Shown piece after piece: positions 53,263 to 61,994 of a stretch of 64,000 nucleotides of DNA. The position numbers and the translations under genes are program-made. Within the stretch, counting starts at the first letter, position 1. Every line of letters begins with the position of its first letter. The DNA is from Thermodesulfobacteriota bacterium. GTDB lineage: Bacteria; Desulfobacterota; Desulfobacteria; Desulfobacterales; UBA11574. The DNA lies in the NCBI GenBank assembly GCA_042573625.1, contig JBHPCZ010000001.1, forward strand, positions 12,859 to 76,858. Reading direction: 5' to 3'. Under the pieces are notes generated by a model. That model made no database searches and was not told the origin of the DNA. It worked only from the letters and a program-made list of their open reading frames with translations.

Positions 53263-55209
53263 TCACTCAGTCTCATCAACCCGTCGAAGACGATAGAGCA
53301 CGTTGGAGCCGAATTTTTTGGCCAACTCAACGGTTCCCAGGTAATCGCAGGCGAAGTCAGGATTGCCCGAAGCCATAAGTAAACATGCAAATTGCTCACT
53401 CACGAAAACGGCACCAGCCGCTGTTATGGGTTCGATACGGGCGGCTTGATTGACGTGGGTGCCGTAATAATTGTTTCGTTGAAGGATCGGATCTTCCGCT
53501 TCGAACACGGGGCCGGCATGCATTCCGATGCGGACATTGGTATCTTCGGGCAATCCCAATGCCTTCCAGTCCGTATTTAAAACCATGTCGCGCAAACTCA
53601 AGCTAAAATCAGCTGCAGCCGAAATTTCATCAAAAACAAGAAACAGACCATCTCCCCAGGTGTTGCAAAAATTAGGTTTTGTTTTATTGATGGCAATGAT
53701 GTTGGCCACCCGTCCCAAAAAATCGACAAAAAATGAAGGTGCATTTTCTTCGCCCAGCTTACTGAAACCGACCACATCCCCAAATAACATGGCTTTGATC
53801 TGACGAGCGATTTGAATTTTACGACCGCCTCGTTCATGCTTCGATTGCGAAAGCGTATTCACCGAAACTGCTGGTTTTTCTACGGCTACGGGCTTTCCAT
53901 GGAATTTCCGCCGGATCGCCTCAAGGTCCACTATTGCTGTGCCGCGACCTTGCCGCTGCCATGCCTGGACATTGTCGACCGTACCTCCGACTTTGCCCGG
54001 GGCAGCAGAATCCATTAAAGCGATCATTACTGGTTCGACTTCAAGCTGGCCCGCCCGGAACAGCGCCATCCCTTGAATTAAATCCCCTGTATATTGGAAC
54101 AGGATATCGTCATGAAGATACCCCTCTTCTGTTGCATAATGAACATTCGTCGCTCGAGACATTACATATTCAAACCGTTTTACCCAGTGTTCTCCGGCAA
54201 AAGCCACACTGGTCTGGATGAAGTCCTCTTTTCTAAAGGGAATTAATATATGGATTTCCGCCTCTCGTTCCAGCATAGCTTCAACAAACAAGATATCCGC
54301 GCCGCATGCTGCCGAGGAGTATCCAAAACCGGCATTGATCCTTCTGAGAGTGTTCGCAATTTCGTCTTTGACGACGCCTTCTATTATCGAAGGAAATCGG
54401 GGGGGATGTCTTTCTGGTGTGTCGATCATATGGCCTGTAAACGTCACAACGTTGGGGATATCAAGTGCCTTAAAGATGGATTCGTGTACTTCTATGTGCA
54501 TTGACAACATCTTGATCTGACGTCGCATCGTCGCAATGTCCCCATAACGATCATGAGCGAGCAACACGGCCTCTCTGTACCACCCAGCCGCCTCTCTTGG
54601 GCGGTCAAGAAGAAGACAGGCCTCGCCGACGGTGGCCCGAAACCAATAATCATTGGTGGGGATTGCATGCTTTTGATCCATACAGATATTGTAGACACGA
54701 CGGGCAATTTCCTTTGCTTTGTTTTTTTTTCCGGCGAGCATGGTCATGCTGGCAGCGTTGATTCCAGGAAAGTAATCATAAGAGGTTTCAAAAGCACGTT
54801 GGTAGTAAGTCGTGCTTTTTTCAACCGCTGCCCGGCGCGCCTTGCCTTCAGAGAGCTTGGTATAACGATCTTTGGCAATCCGTCCTGCCAGGCTTAAGGT
54901 GTCTGCGTAAACCGGGTTTTTCTGGTCGATCCGTTCTAAAAGCCTGCCCACCAAATTAGCGGCAGAACGGGTTGAACCGCCTCTTGCGAGCGCAAGCGCT
55001 GCCCAGTACATCAAATCGATATGTTCTGGAAAAAGAGCGAGACCTTCCTTTAAAATGTCGAAAGACAATAAAGGATGGCCGCATTTAATGGCCTTTTTTC
55101 CGAATTGAAGGAAGCGATCGGCGTTATTTCCCCAACTATTGGGCTCGCGCGCTTTCCAAGCGTAGATAATCTCTTCAAGTGTATTGGGCGTCTCTTTCTT
55201 TTCCATCAT
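53263..55209 (-). CDS. TPR/DUF4071-like + SLOG-like Rossmannoid + class III adenylate/guanylate cyclase fusion protein
   Basis: C-terminus has the cyclase homology domain: MLFGDVVGFSKL, NTWGDGLFLVF, RIGMHAGPV and GTHVNQAARIE. The middle region (FTGHMIDTPERHPPRFP...GYSSAACGADILFVEAMLEREAEIHILIPF) is LOG/SLOG-like. The N-terminus is made of TPR-like helical repeats. Confidence 0.8.
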   Translation of the reverse strand: MMEKKETPNTLEEIIYAWKAREPNSWGNNADRFLQFGKKAIKCGHPLLSFDILKEGLALFPEHIDLMYWAALALARGGSTRSAANLVGRLLERIDQKNPVYADTLSLAGRIAKDRYTKLSEGKARRAAVEKSTTYYQRAFETSYDYFPGINAASMTMLAGKKNKAKEIARRVYNICMDQKHAIPTNDYWFRATVGEACLLLDRPREAAGWYREAVLLAHDRYGDIATMRRQIKMLSMHIEVHESIFKALDIPNVVTFTGHMIDTPERHPPRFPSIIEGVVKDEIANTLRRINAGFGYSSAACGADILFVEAMLEREAEIHILIPFRKEDFIQTSVAFAGEHWVKRFEYVMSRATNVHYATEEGYLHDDILFQYTGDLIQGMALFRAGQLEVEPVMIALMDSAAPGKVGGTVDNVQAWQRQGRGTAIVDLEAIRRKFHGKPVAVEKPAVSVNTLSQSKHERGGRKIQIARQIKAMLFGDVVGFSKLGEENAPSFFVDFLGRVANIIAINKTKPNFCNTWGDGLFLVFDEISAAADFSLSLRDMVLNTDWKALGLPEDTNVRIGMHAGPVFEAEDPILQRNNYYGTHVNQAARIEPITAAGAVFVSEQFACLLMASGNPDFACDYLGTVELAKKFGSNVLYRLRRVDETE

Positions 55210-55286
55210 TACACATGCTTTCTCCGTACTCAGAAAATTAGTGGATATGTGTGATGTTATCCGGTTGACATGGTGAAATCATCGAA

Positions 55287-56306
55287 TCATTCCCGTATCA
55301 AGTTGAGAACATGCTGTACAATTTTTTGGGCACCGTCGGGACGGATGAGCGCCATAAGTCGCGAACTTATACTGCTTACATTACACTTAAGCGTCGCAAG
55401 AAACATATCGGAATTGACTTCTGACTGCCGTGCGACAAATCCCAGCCCCTGATCGGCAAAATGCTTTGCATTGTAGTATTGGTGATCCCGAGCTGCATAG
55501 GGATAAGGGATAAAAAACGCCGGCAAGCCATTGGCTGCCATTTCCCAGAGCGTTCCGGCCCCGGCGCGTGTCACGGCAAAGTCGGCTTCCACCATCCGCG
55601 ACGCGAGATCATGGTCGAATGCAAAACAATCGGCGTCTACATTCATCGCTTCGTAGGCGGTTTTAACGCGCTTGAATTCGGGTGCGCCGGTTTGATGCGT
55701 AATGGTAATTCCCCTGCGATCAAGAGCAGGTGCTACGGCAAGCGCAAAATTGTTAATGAAACTGGCGCCCTGGCTTCCGCCAAGAAAAAGCACACGCTGC
55801 ACGTTGCTGCGTTGCCGACGCCCATCGAAGAATGTCATATCGACTGGATAGTCAAGTACCGGGGAGCGCCTGTCATAGGAACTGAAAAATTCCTCGGCAT
55901 AAGGCATCATAATTCGATGGAGATAACTTATCGATACATTGTGCTCATGGATAAAAAGTGAAATGCGCCGCACTGCGGCGGCAAAACTGGCAGCCGCCGC
56001 CGGGTATCCTCCAACGCTCAGTACGGCTTTTACCTTGTGCTGCTTTAAAATACTGACGACCGTGATCGTTTCTCTGGCAATCATTGCAAGGGAAACAATC
56101 CTGCCGAAAAGCCTGCGATTCACCACTCCCCTCGTATTCAGAAAATAACAAGCGGCAAAGCCTGCCTCTTCGGCGAACCATTTTCGCTCCAAACCGTTAA
56201 TAGAGCCAATAAAAATCGGATCAACGCCCTCTTCGATAAACGCATATTTAAGTGCGCGTATGCCACTCAAATGTCCACCCGTGCCACCGCCGGTCAGAAC
56301 AATCAT
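55287..56306 (-). CDS. MurG-like GT28 glycosyltransferase paralog
   Basis: MIVLTGGGTGGHLSG (G-loop), HEHN, and a C-terminal AVTRAGAGTLWEMAANGLPAFFIPYPYAARDHQYYNA like MurG, but outside a dcw cluster. Confidence 0.75.
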   Translation of the reverse strand: MIVLTGGGTGGHLSGIRALKYAFIEEGVDPIFIGSINGLERKWFAEEAGFAACYFLNTRGVVNRRLFGRIVSLAMIARETITVVSILKQHKVKAVLSVGGYPAAAASFAAAVRRISLFIHEHNVSISYLHRIMMPYAEEFFSSYDRRSPVLDYPVDMTFFDGRRQRSNVQRVLFLGGSQGASFINNFALAVAPALDRRGITITHQTGAPEFKRVKTAYEAMNVDADCFAFDHDLASRMVEADFAVTRAGAGTLWEMAANGLPAFFIPYPYAARDHQYYNAKHFADQGLGFVARQSEVNSDMFLATLKCNVSSISSRLMALIRPDGAQKIVQHVLNLIRE

Positions 56307-57145
56307 CGATCGGAGTCTCCTTTGACTGAGCCATTATCCTTAATGTGAGCGTGGGTTGCGGCAGTGTCTGAAGCAGGAAACCACTCATCACACCAATTTC
56401 GAAGACGGTAATAGGCGAGAGCGGTCCACTCCTGAACGCCCAGTTCTAGTCGTTCAAGCTCCCCGACCAAATTGAAACCAAGTTGAATTTTATAGGCACC
56501 CGGTGTCCGAAAGTCGACCGGGTAGGGAATGACTGGCCAACCCGCTTTGCGAAAAACGCCGACGGCGCGTGGAATATGCCAGGCTGAAGTTACAAGAACC
56601 CATTGCTGTCCCCTGACAGGATTGATCAACCGGCGCGCAAAAACCGCATTTTCGTATGTATTGCGGGCCTTTGACTCGAGTACTACGCGCCTGAAGTCGA
56701 CACCCATGGCGCTAAAAAAACTTTTTGCAGGGACCGCGTCACCAAGCCCCTTTGATCCAAGGCTGTTCTTTCCGCCGGCATAGACGATCCGTGCCTTAGG
56801 AAACCTCCGTGCGAGGTGAAGGAGGGTGAAAATGCGTTCTCCGGAATCACCCAAAATCAATTGGCGGCGGGCCAAAATCAGTTTCTGATCAAAAGCACCG
56901 CCGAGCACAATGATACCGTCAATATGCTCGGGAAGCGTTTCTGGAACCGGAAAGCGATTTTCAAGTGGCACAAGGCTCCAGGTTCCGAGAGGAAAAACAG
57001 CAAGGCATACAAGGATCGCTACGACCAATATGATGAGCTTTTGCCCCAAGTGTCGCCATCGTCCAAACAGCATGATCGTGCCCGCAACCAGCAGTATCAA
57101 TAACGCATTGCCGGGTTTAATGAGAAACCATACTTTTTTAACCAT
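56303..57145 (-). CDS. YdcF/ElyC (DUF218) family protein
   Basis: N-terminal TM segments, IIVLGG, VYAGG and NTYENA motifs. 4-nt overlap with the MurG-like gene. Confidence 0.75.
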   Translation of the reverse strand: MVKKVWFLIKPGNALLILLVAGTIMLFGRWRHLGQKLIILVVAILVCLAVFPLGTWSLVPLENRFPVPETLPEHIDGIIVLGGAFDQKLILARRQLILGDSGERIFTLLHLARRFPKARIVYAGGKNSLGSKGLGDAVPAKSFFSAMGVDFRRVVLESKARNTYENAVFARRLINPVRGQQWVLVTSAWHIPRAVGVFRKAGWPVIPYPVDFRTPGAYKIQLGFNLVGELERLELGVQEWTALAYYRLRNWCDEWFPASDTAATHAHIKDNGSVKGDSDR

Positions 57146-57232
57146 TTCTCGTCATTTATACATTCTGCGTTCAGGTTAGTTTTATCGGCCAGGCTAAGCC
57201 TTTACTGCATTATACATAAGCCTGAGAACAGG

Positions 57233-58123
57233 TTACTTCGTGGGTTCACGCATTCGAATAACCGCCGCGCCTGTCTCGGTTTCAATAAATTCTCCGGTTA
57301 GAACACTAAACTCTTGCAACCAGGAATGCACGATTTTACGTTCATCTTGACGATCGGCGTCATCCAAAAAGACCACCGCGCCCTCATTCAATCGATCCAG
57401 AAGGAGCGGAATTGCCGGGTAGCGGGCCATGGGTTGTAGGCCTCCGGGCGGACCGTCGATGATTAACATATCAATGCCACCTATTTTTTCCAGCTTGGAA
57501 ATATCGTACCAACGCCAATTTCGGCCGTTTATTTCGTAATCCTGCAAGGGTGCATATAGGACTTCAACGAACTTTTGCAACCCGTGATCGACCAAGTATC
57601 TTTGTGAGCGTTCCACATGGTTTTTTGCATGTTCCAAAGTGATGAGTTTTCCTTGGCCCATTTTTTTGATGAAATACCCAACAACGATAGTCGTAACGCC
57701 ACTGCCCAATTCGACAATGACATTGGGCTTGTTTTTTAAAATCGTTGAGACGATGAGTCTGCTAAAGTCCGGTGAAGCTGCGAAAAGCCTCATCGGAGGA
57801 AGCGGCGCCTCTAACTTAATTAGCGCCAGTAAAGACAATAACGATTCAATTTGTCTGTAATCTTTTATCGCAATTCGGGGTGTTAACGTATGGAGCCTGT
57901 GGATGATTTGAAGGAGAAGAAAACCTAAAACAGACGTAGCGATCCATATTGTCAGCAGTAATGTGACCGGCCGGCCGGCGTTCAATTCCCAGGCAATCAT
58001 AATAATAAAGGGGACGCACACCACTGACTCAATGAGCAGATCCATTTTAACATGCTTCAAAGCAGGTATCCATTTTATATTTTTACCCAATCTATATTTC
58101 CCTTCACCATTGTCACCAGGCAT
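57233..58123 (-). CDS. membrane-anchored class I SAM-dependent methyltransferase
   Basis: Two N-terminal TM segments. VVELGSGVTTIVVG (motif I) and MLIIDGPPG...VVFLDDADR. Its start lies 12 nt after the TIR-WD40 stop. Confidence 0.7.
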   Translation of the reverse strand: MPGDNGEGKYRLGKNIKWIPALKHVKMDLLIESVVCVPFIIMIAWELNAGRPVTLLLTIWIATSVLGFLLLQIIHRLHTLTPRIAIKDYRQIESLLSLLALIKLEAPLPPMRLFAASPDFSRLIVSTILKNKPNVIVELGSGVTTIVVGYFIKKMGQGKLITLEHAKNHVERSQRYLVDHGLQKFVEVLYAPLQDYEINGRNWRWYDISKLEKIGGIDMLIIDGPPGGLQPMARYPAIPLLLDRLNEGAVVFLDDADRQDERKIVHSWLQEFSVLTGEFIETETGAAVIRMREPTK

Positions 58124-58135
58124 CGTTGCACAAAG

Positions 58136-60946
58136 CTAACGAGGGGAAAATGGCACGGCAACGGTCCCGACAAGATGGAACCCCGTCAGTTGTTCAATTT
58201 CCTTGATAATTTGATCGACCCGATCGCGTCGATAAGGTGGATTATCAAGATAGTGTCGCAGCAAAGCGCCAGGATCTTTCACATCGATTTGGTTTCTATG
58301 CGGCCAAAAATCGCTGATGCGCCAGAGTCTGATCGCAGCATCCGTTCCGCCCGAAGCCAGTACCGTTCCGTCTGGATGAAAGTCCAGGTGGATTGCGTAG
58401 CGGTCGTGACCGCTGAGCCGTGCAATCAACCGATGTGTCTGCATATCAAAAAGACGAATCGTATGCCGGTCATTGCTGGGTGTTCCCGAGGCCAGCAAAA
58501 GACCGTCAGGACTGAAAGTGATATGCCAAACCTCATAGGCATGATGCGCAAGCAGCGTCCCTGTCTGTTTGTATGTTCCCATATCCCAAAGTCTGATCAG
58601 GCGATCCCACCCGCCGGTGGCCAATACCTTTCCATCGGGGCTGAATGCCAGCGTCCGAACGTGCTTTTTGTGACCTGTCAGATTTGCCAGCAGATTGCCC
58701 GTCGCAACTTCCCAGACATACACGGTGGAGTCATAACTCACCGATGCGAGACGACGGCCATCAGGGCTGAAGCCTACCGCGCTGACTTCGCCGTTGTGTC
58801 CTTCAAAGGTTCTGACTTTATCCAGTGTCGGTATCTTCCACAGTTTAACTTTATGATCCCAGCCGGCAGATGCCAGTAATCGTCCGTCCGGATGAAAACT
58901 GAGCCCCATTACGTAGTCGTCATGTCCTTTTACCCACGCGATTTGTTCGTGCGTTGCAACGTCCCACAATCGAATGGTATTGTCCCGGCTGCTCGAAGCA
59001 ACAATTTTACCATCCGGACTGAAAATCACGGCTCTAACAGAATCTTGGTGCCCATTTAACGTGTCGAGTGTTTCCCCGGTTGCCGTGTCCCATAATTTTA
59101 TGGCAGCGTCATCCGCACAGGAAACCATGAGTTTACCATCCGGACTGAAATCCACGCCGCGAATAACATCTTCATGGCCTGTCAGGGTGGCAAAGTTCTG
59201 GCGTGCTCCGATGCGCCATAACTTGAGTGTTTTGTCGGTACTTCCCGACACGATGTGTCTTCCATCAGGATGGAAAGCAACCGACTGAATTTCATCAGCG
59301 TGACCTGTGAGCGTGGCAAGTTCTTGTCGAGTGCTGACTTCCCAGATCTTGATCGTGCGGTCCCGGCTGGCAGCAGCAAGCACTTGACCGTCAGGACTAA
59401 AAGCTATATCGAAAACGGCAAGTTGGTGACCACCGAGCGAGGCGACTTCTTTACGGGTTTTTAAATCCCAAATTTTGGTACTGCTCGCTCTGTTGGCGGC
59501 CGCAAGAAATTTTCCATCCGGGCTGAAGGCGACGGCCATGATCGGATGACGATAGGTTGCAAGCACGTCGATGGGCTCCCGATCTTTCACGCTCCATAGT
59601 CTCAACGTATTGTCCTTGCCGCCGGAAGCGATTTGCTTGCCGTCGGGACTGAGCGCAACACTGTGCACGCCGTTTGCGTGTCCCGTCAGCGTTGCGATTT
59701 CATTGCCTGAAACGAGATTCCACAGCTTGATGCTGTAATCCCAACTGCCGGTTATCAATAGTTGAGAATCAGGACCAAATGAGATGGACGAAACTTCTCC
59801 TTTATGTCCCTTGAGAAGTTTCAGCAACCGTAAGGAGTGTGCGTCCCAGATCCGGACGACCCTGTCGGCACCTCCGGATGCCATAAGCCGGCCGTCCGGG
59901 CTGAAGGCAACTGCAAGTACGGGGCCTCTGTGTCCCTCAAGAGATTTAAGCGGTCTTCCTTGTGGCATTTCCCAGCGACGAACGATCCCGTCCTCACTCC
60001 CGGAAGCGATCACCGCGCCATCGGTACTGAATGCAACACCCCTTGAAAAATTGGCGCCGGTTATCGTTTGGGCAAGTAGCGCCGGTGGAGAAAGGGAAGA
60101 AATAAGATCGATTTCAAGGGGATCCTGTTCCGCCAACAGGCTGTATCGCAATGAGTGCGCAGCATATAAAGTTGCGGCCGCTTCTTGACGGGCTCCGATT
60201 GCATCTTTAGTTTGCTGGATCATAAGTTCAGCGAGTTGCCGGTAGCGTGCCCGTGCACTCTTCGCAGTTTCCAAATGCCCCTTATACCAAACACTGCCAA
60301 TAATGGAAAGAATCGTAATTGTTGCCAATGTCACTTGAACGCGTCGCCAGAACTGTCGACGCTTTTCGCGTTGTTTGAGTTCATCATAGTTAACGCCCAT
60401 CAATCCTGCCAGCATTTTCAGCTTGGCATTCAGCTTGCCATCGCCTTGGGGGCGTATATCCGCTGCAATCGGTTCTGTTCTTTTTTCAGTGATTTCGCCA
60501 GATGAGTTTACGTGAAAGCGGATGCCTTGAGGAAAGCACTCTAAAAGTCCGCTCTCGGGCGTATCCGTGGCATTGGGTTCGCCATCGATGATCAGACACA
60601 AAACGCGATCCTCACGCCCCAATGATTTGAACTTTATGATTTCCTGATTTACCCAGTGTGAGGCAGCGGAATTTGCCGAACAGATCACCACAAGATAGCG
60701 TGACTTTTCCAAGGCATCATCGATGTTTCGGCCAAGATCAGCTGAGCCGGGCAGTTCTTCACGGTCGCGGAAAACCGGAAATAGACGTGAGGGCAAAGGA
60801 CCATTTCGGGACATTCGGCCGACAAGGCGTTTGGGAACACGGTAAGTCTCAATCGCCTTGTGTAGCCAATCACCCCATTTGCTGTCTTTATGGCTGTAGG
60901 AGATAAAGGCCCAATACTTGTATTCGGGCGTAAGTTTACTCTCCAA
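58136..60946 (-). CDS. TIR domain - transmembrane helix - 14x WD40 repeat protein
   Basis: N-terminal TIR (WAFISYSHKD...VVICSANSAASHWVNQEI with the SxWxxxE catalytic-Glu context). One TM segment (VQVTLATITILSIIGSVWY). Fourteen GH...(V/I)xFSPDG...AS.S.D.T(I/V)(K/R)LW units. TTG start after a G-rich SD. Confidence 0.9.
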   Translation of the reverse strand: MESKLTPEYKYWAFISYSHKDSKWGDWLHKAIETYRVPKRLVGRMSRNGPLPSRLFPVFRDREELPGSADLGRNIDDALEKSRYLVVICSANSAASHWVNQEIIKFKSLGREDRVLCLIIDGEPNATDTPESGLLECFPQGIRFHVNSSGEITEKRTEPIAADIRPQGDGKLNAKLKMLAGLMGVNYDELKQREKRRQFWRRVQVTLATITILSIIGSVWYKGHLETAKSARARYRQLAELMIQQTKDAIGARQEAAATLYAAHSLRYSLLAEQDPLEIDLISSLSPPALLAQTITGANFSRGVAFSTDGAVIASGSEDGIVRRWEMPQGRPLKSLEGHRGPVLAVAFSPDGRLMASGGADRVVRIWDAHSLRLLKLLKGHKGEVSSISFGPDSQLLITGSWDYSIKLWNLVSGNEIATLTGHANGVHSVALSPDGKQIASGGKDNTLRLWSVKDREPIDVLATYRHPIMAVAFSPDGKFLAAANRASSTKIWDLKTRKEVASLGGHQLAVFDIAFSPDGQVLAAASRDRTIKIWEVSTRQELATLTGHADEIQSVAFHPDGRHIVSGSTDKTLKLWRIGARQNFATLTGHEDVIRGVDFSPDGKLMVSCADDAAIKLWDTATGETLDTLNGHQDSVRAVIFSPDGKIVASSSRDNTIRLWDVATHEQIAWVKGHDDYVMGLSFHPDGRLLASAGWDHKVKLWKIPTLDKVRTFEGHNGEVSAVGFSPDGRRLASVSYDSTVYVWEVATGNLLANLTGHKKHVRTLAFSPDGKVLATGGWDRLIRLWDMGTYKQTGTLLAHHAYEVWHITFSPDGLLLASGTPSNDRHTIRLFDMQTHRLIARLSGHDRYAIHLDFHPDGTVLASGGTDAAIRLWRISDFWPHRNQIDVKDPGALLRHYLDNPPYRRDRVDQIIKEIEQLTGFHLVGTVAVPFSPR

Positions 60947-61299
60947 GCGAGGCCCCCCGTGTGGTAGATGCGTAATTACAAGGATAACTGTATGAAATTA
61001 CAGTGTGAATGCAAGTATTGAGATTTTTTGGGCAACTTTAATGGTATCTCACTCACCGATCTTATTGCTGATCAAAATGATTACAAAACCTGGAATCTAA
61101 ATAATGAATCAGATATTTGAAAAAATTATGGTGTCAGACCTGCAAACAAACAGTAGTGAAAAGCGTTTTATGCACATCTCATAATTGTTTAAAAAAAAGG
61201 AGCTTTCCCTTTGAAAAGGTCTTCGAGCAAAAAATCAAAAAGATACGGAGAAGAGCCGTGATAGTGGAATTAGGGTACCTGAAGTTGTCAGTATTTTCA

Positions 61300-61464
61300 A
61301 GTAAATTCAAGGCCAACCTGAGGAATTTTTTAATGATCCAGACAGAAATCAGAGATAGCGGTGATCAATACCTTTCTGAACTGATGAATACAGAGTTGAG
61401 CCATTTGCTCGGCCGTGAGCGTTATGAGTGCTGTATGCTTCCGACAAGATTCCCGCAAATCTGA
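61300..61464 (+). pseudogene. IS256/Mutator-family transposase N-terminal remnant
   Basis: YLSELMNTELSHLLGRERYE resembles the conserved ...E.E...LG..RYER region. The reading frame ends shortly after and no catalytic domain follows. Confidence 0.45.
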
Positions 61465-61994
61465 ATCCAGCGGTTGTTTCAAAGTCAACTATCACCCACA
61501 AAGCGGGTGGTTTGAATTTTCGGCCATAGGCCGGAAAGGCAAAAGCAAGTCGGTGCCTTAAAGTTGAACTTGCGTCCGGGTGCGGAGCACCCGGTTCTTT
61601 TGCAAGAATAAATTCGATCAGAACAATTGAGCTTTGGATTCGTATAAATATTTGATTTTTTTTTTGACAGCGTCGCAACAATACGATTAAATACATACCT
61701 GACAGATTCAAAAAAACGAAATGTTCTTTTCCAGCGGCCCCAACCGCGTTTTCAATGCGTGTGACGGCAAGACCTTCATGGACGCCTGAAATTATCCCGT
61801 CAAGGCACCGATGCCAAACCGGCAAGGCATTCCAAGAAACGATATTGCTTCAGCCCTTGTTTCCCCGCATAAAGGAGATTGATATGATTTTCAAAGGATT
61901 CGAGATAAGCGTTGGTTTCCTTATTCGATTTCCCGGAATTTTCCTTAAAATTCCGGTGCCTTTGTGCTCCGGCGGTTTAAGGGGTGCCGATGGA

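Noticed and set aside
61117-61464. 115-aa TTG-initiated ORF as an intact gene
   Set aside because: Only its last third resembles a transposase N-terminus, and the rest has no support. Treated as a pseudogene remnant rather than a CDS.
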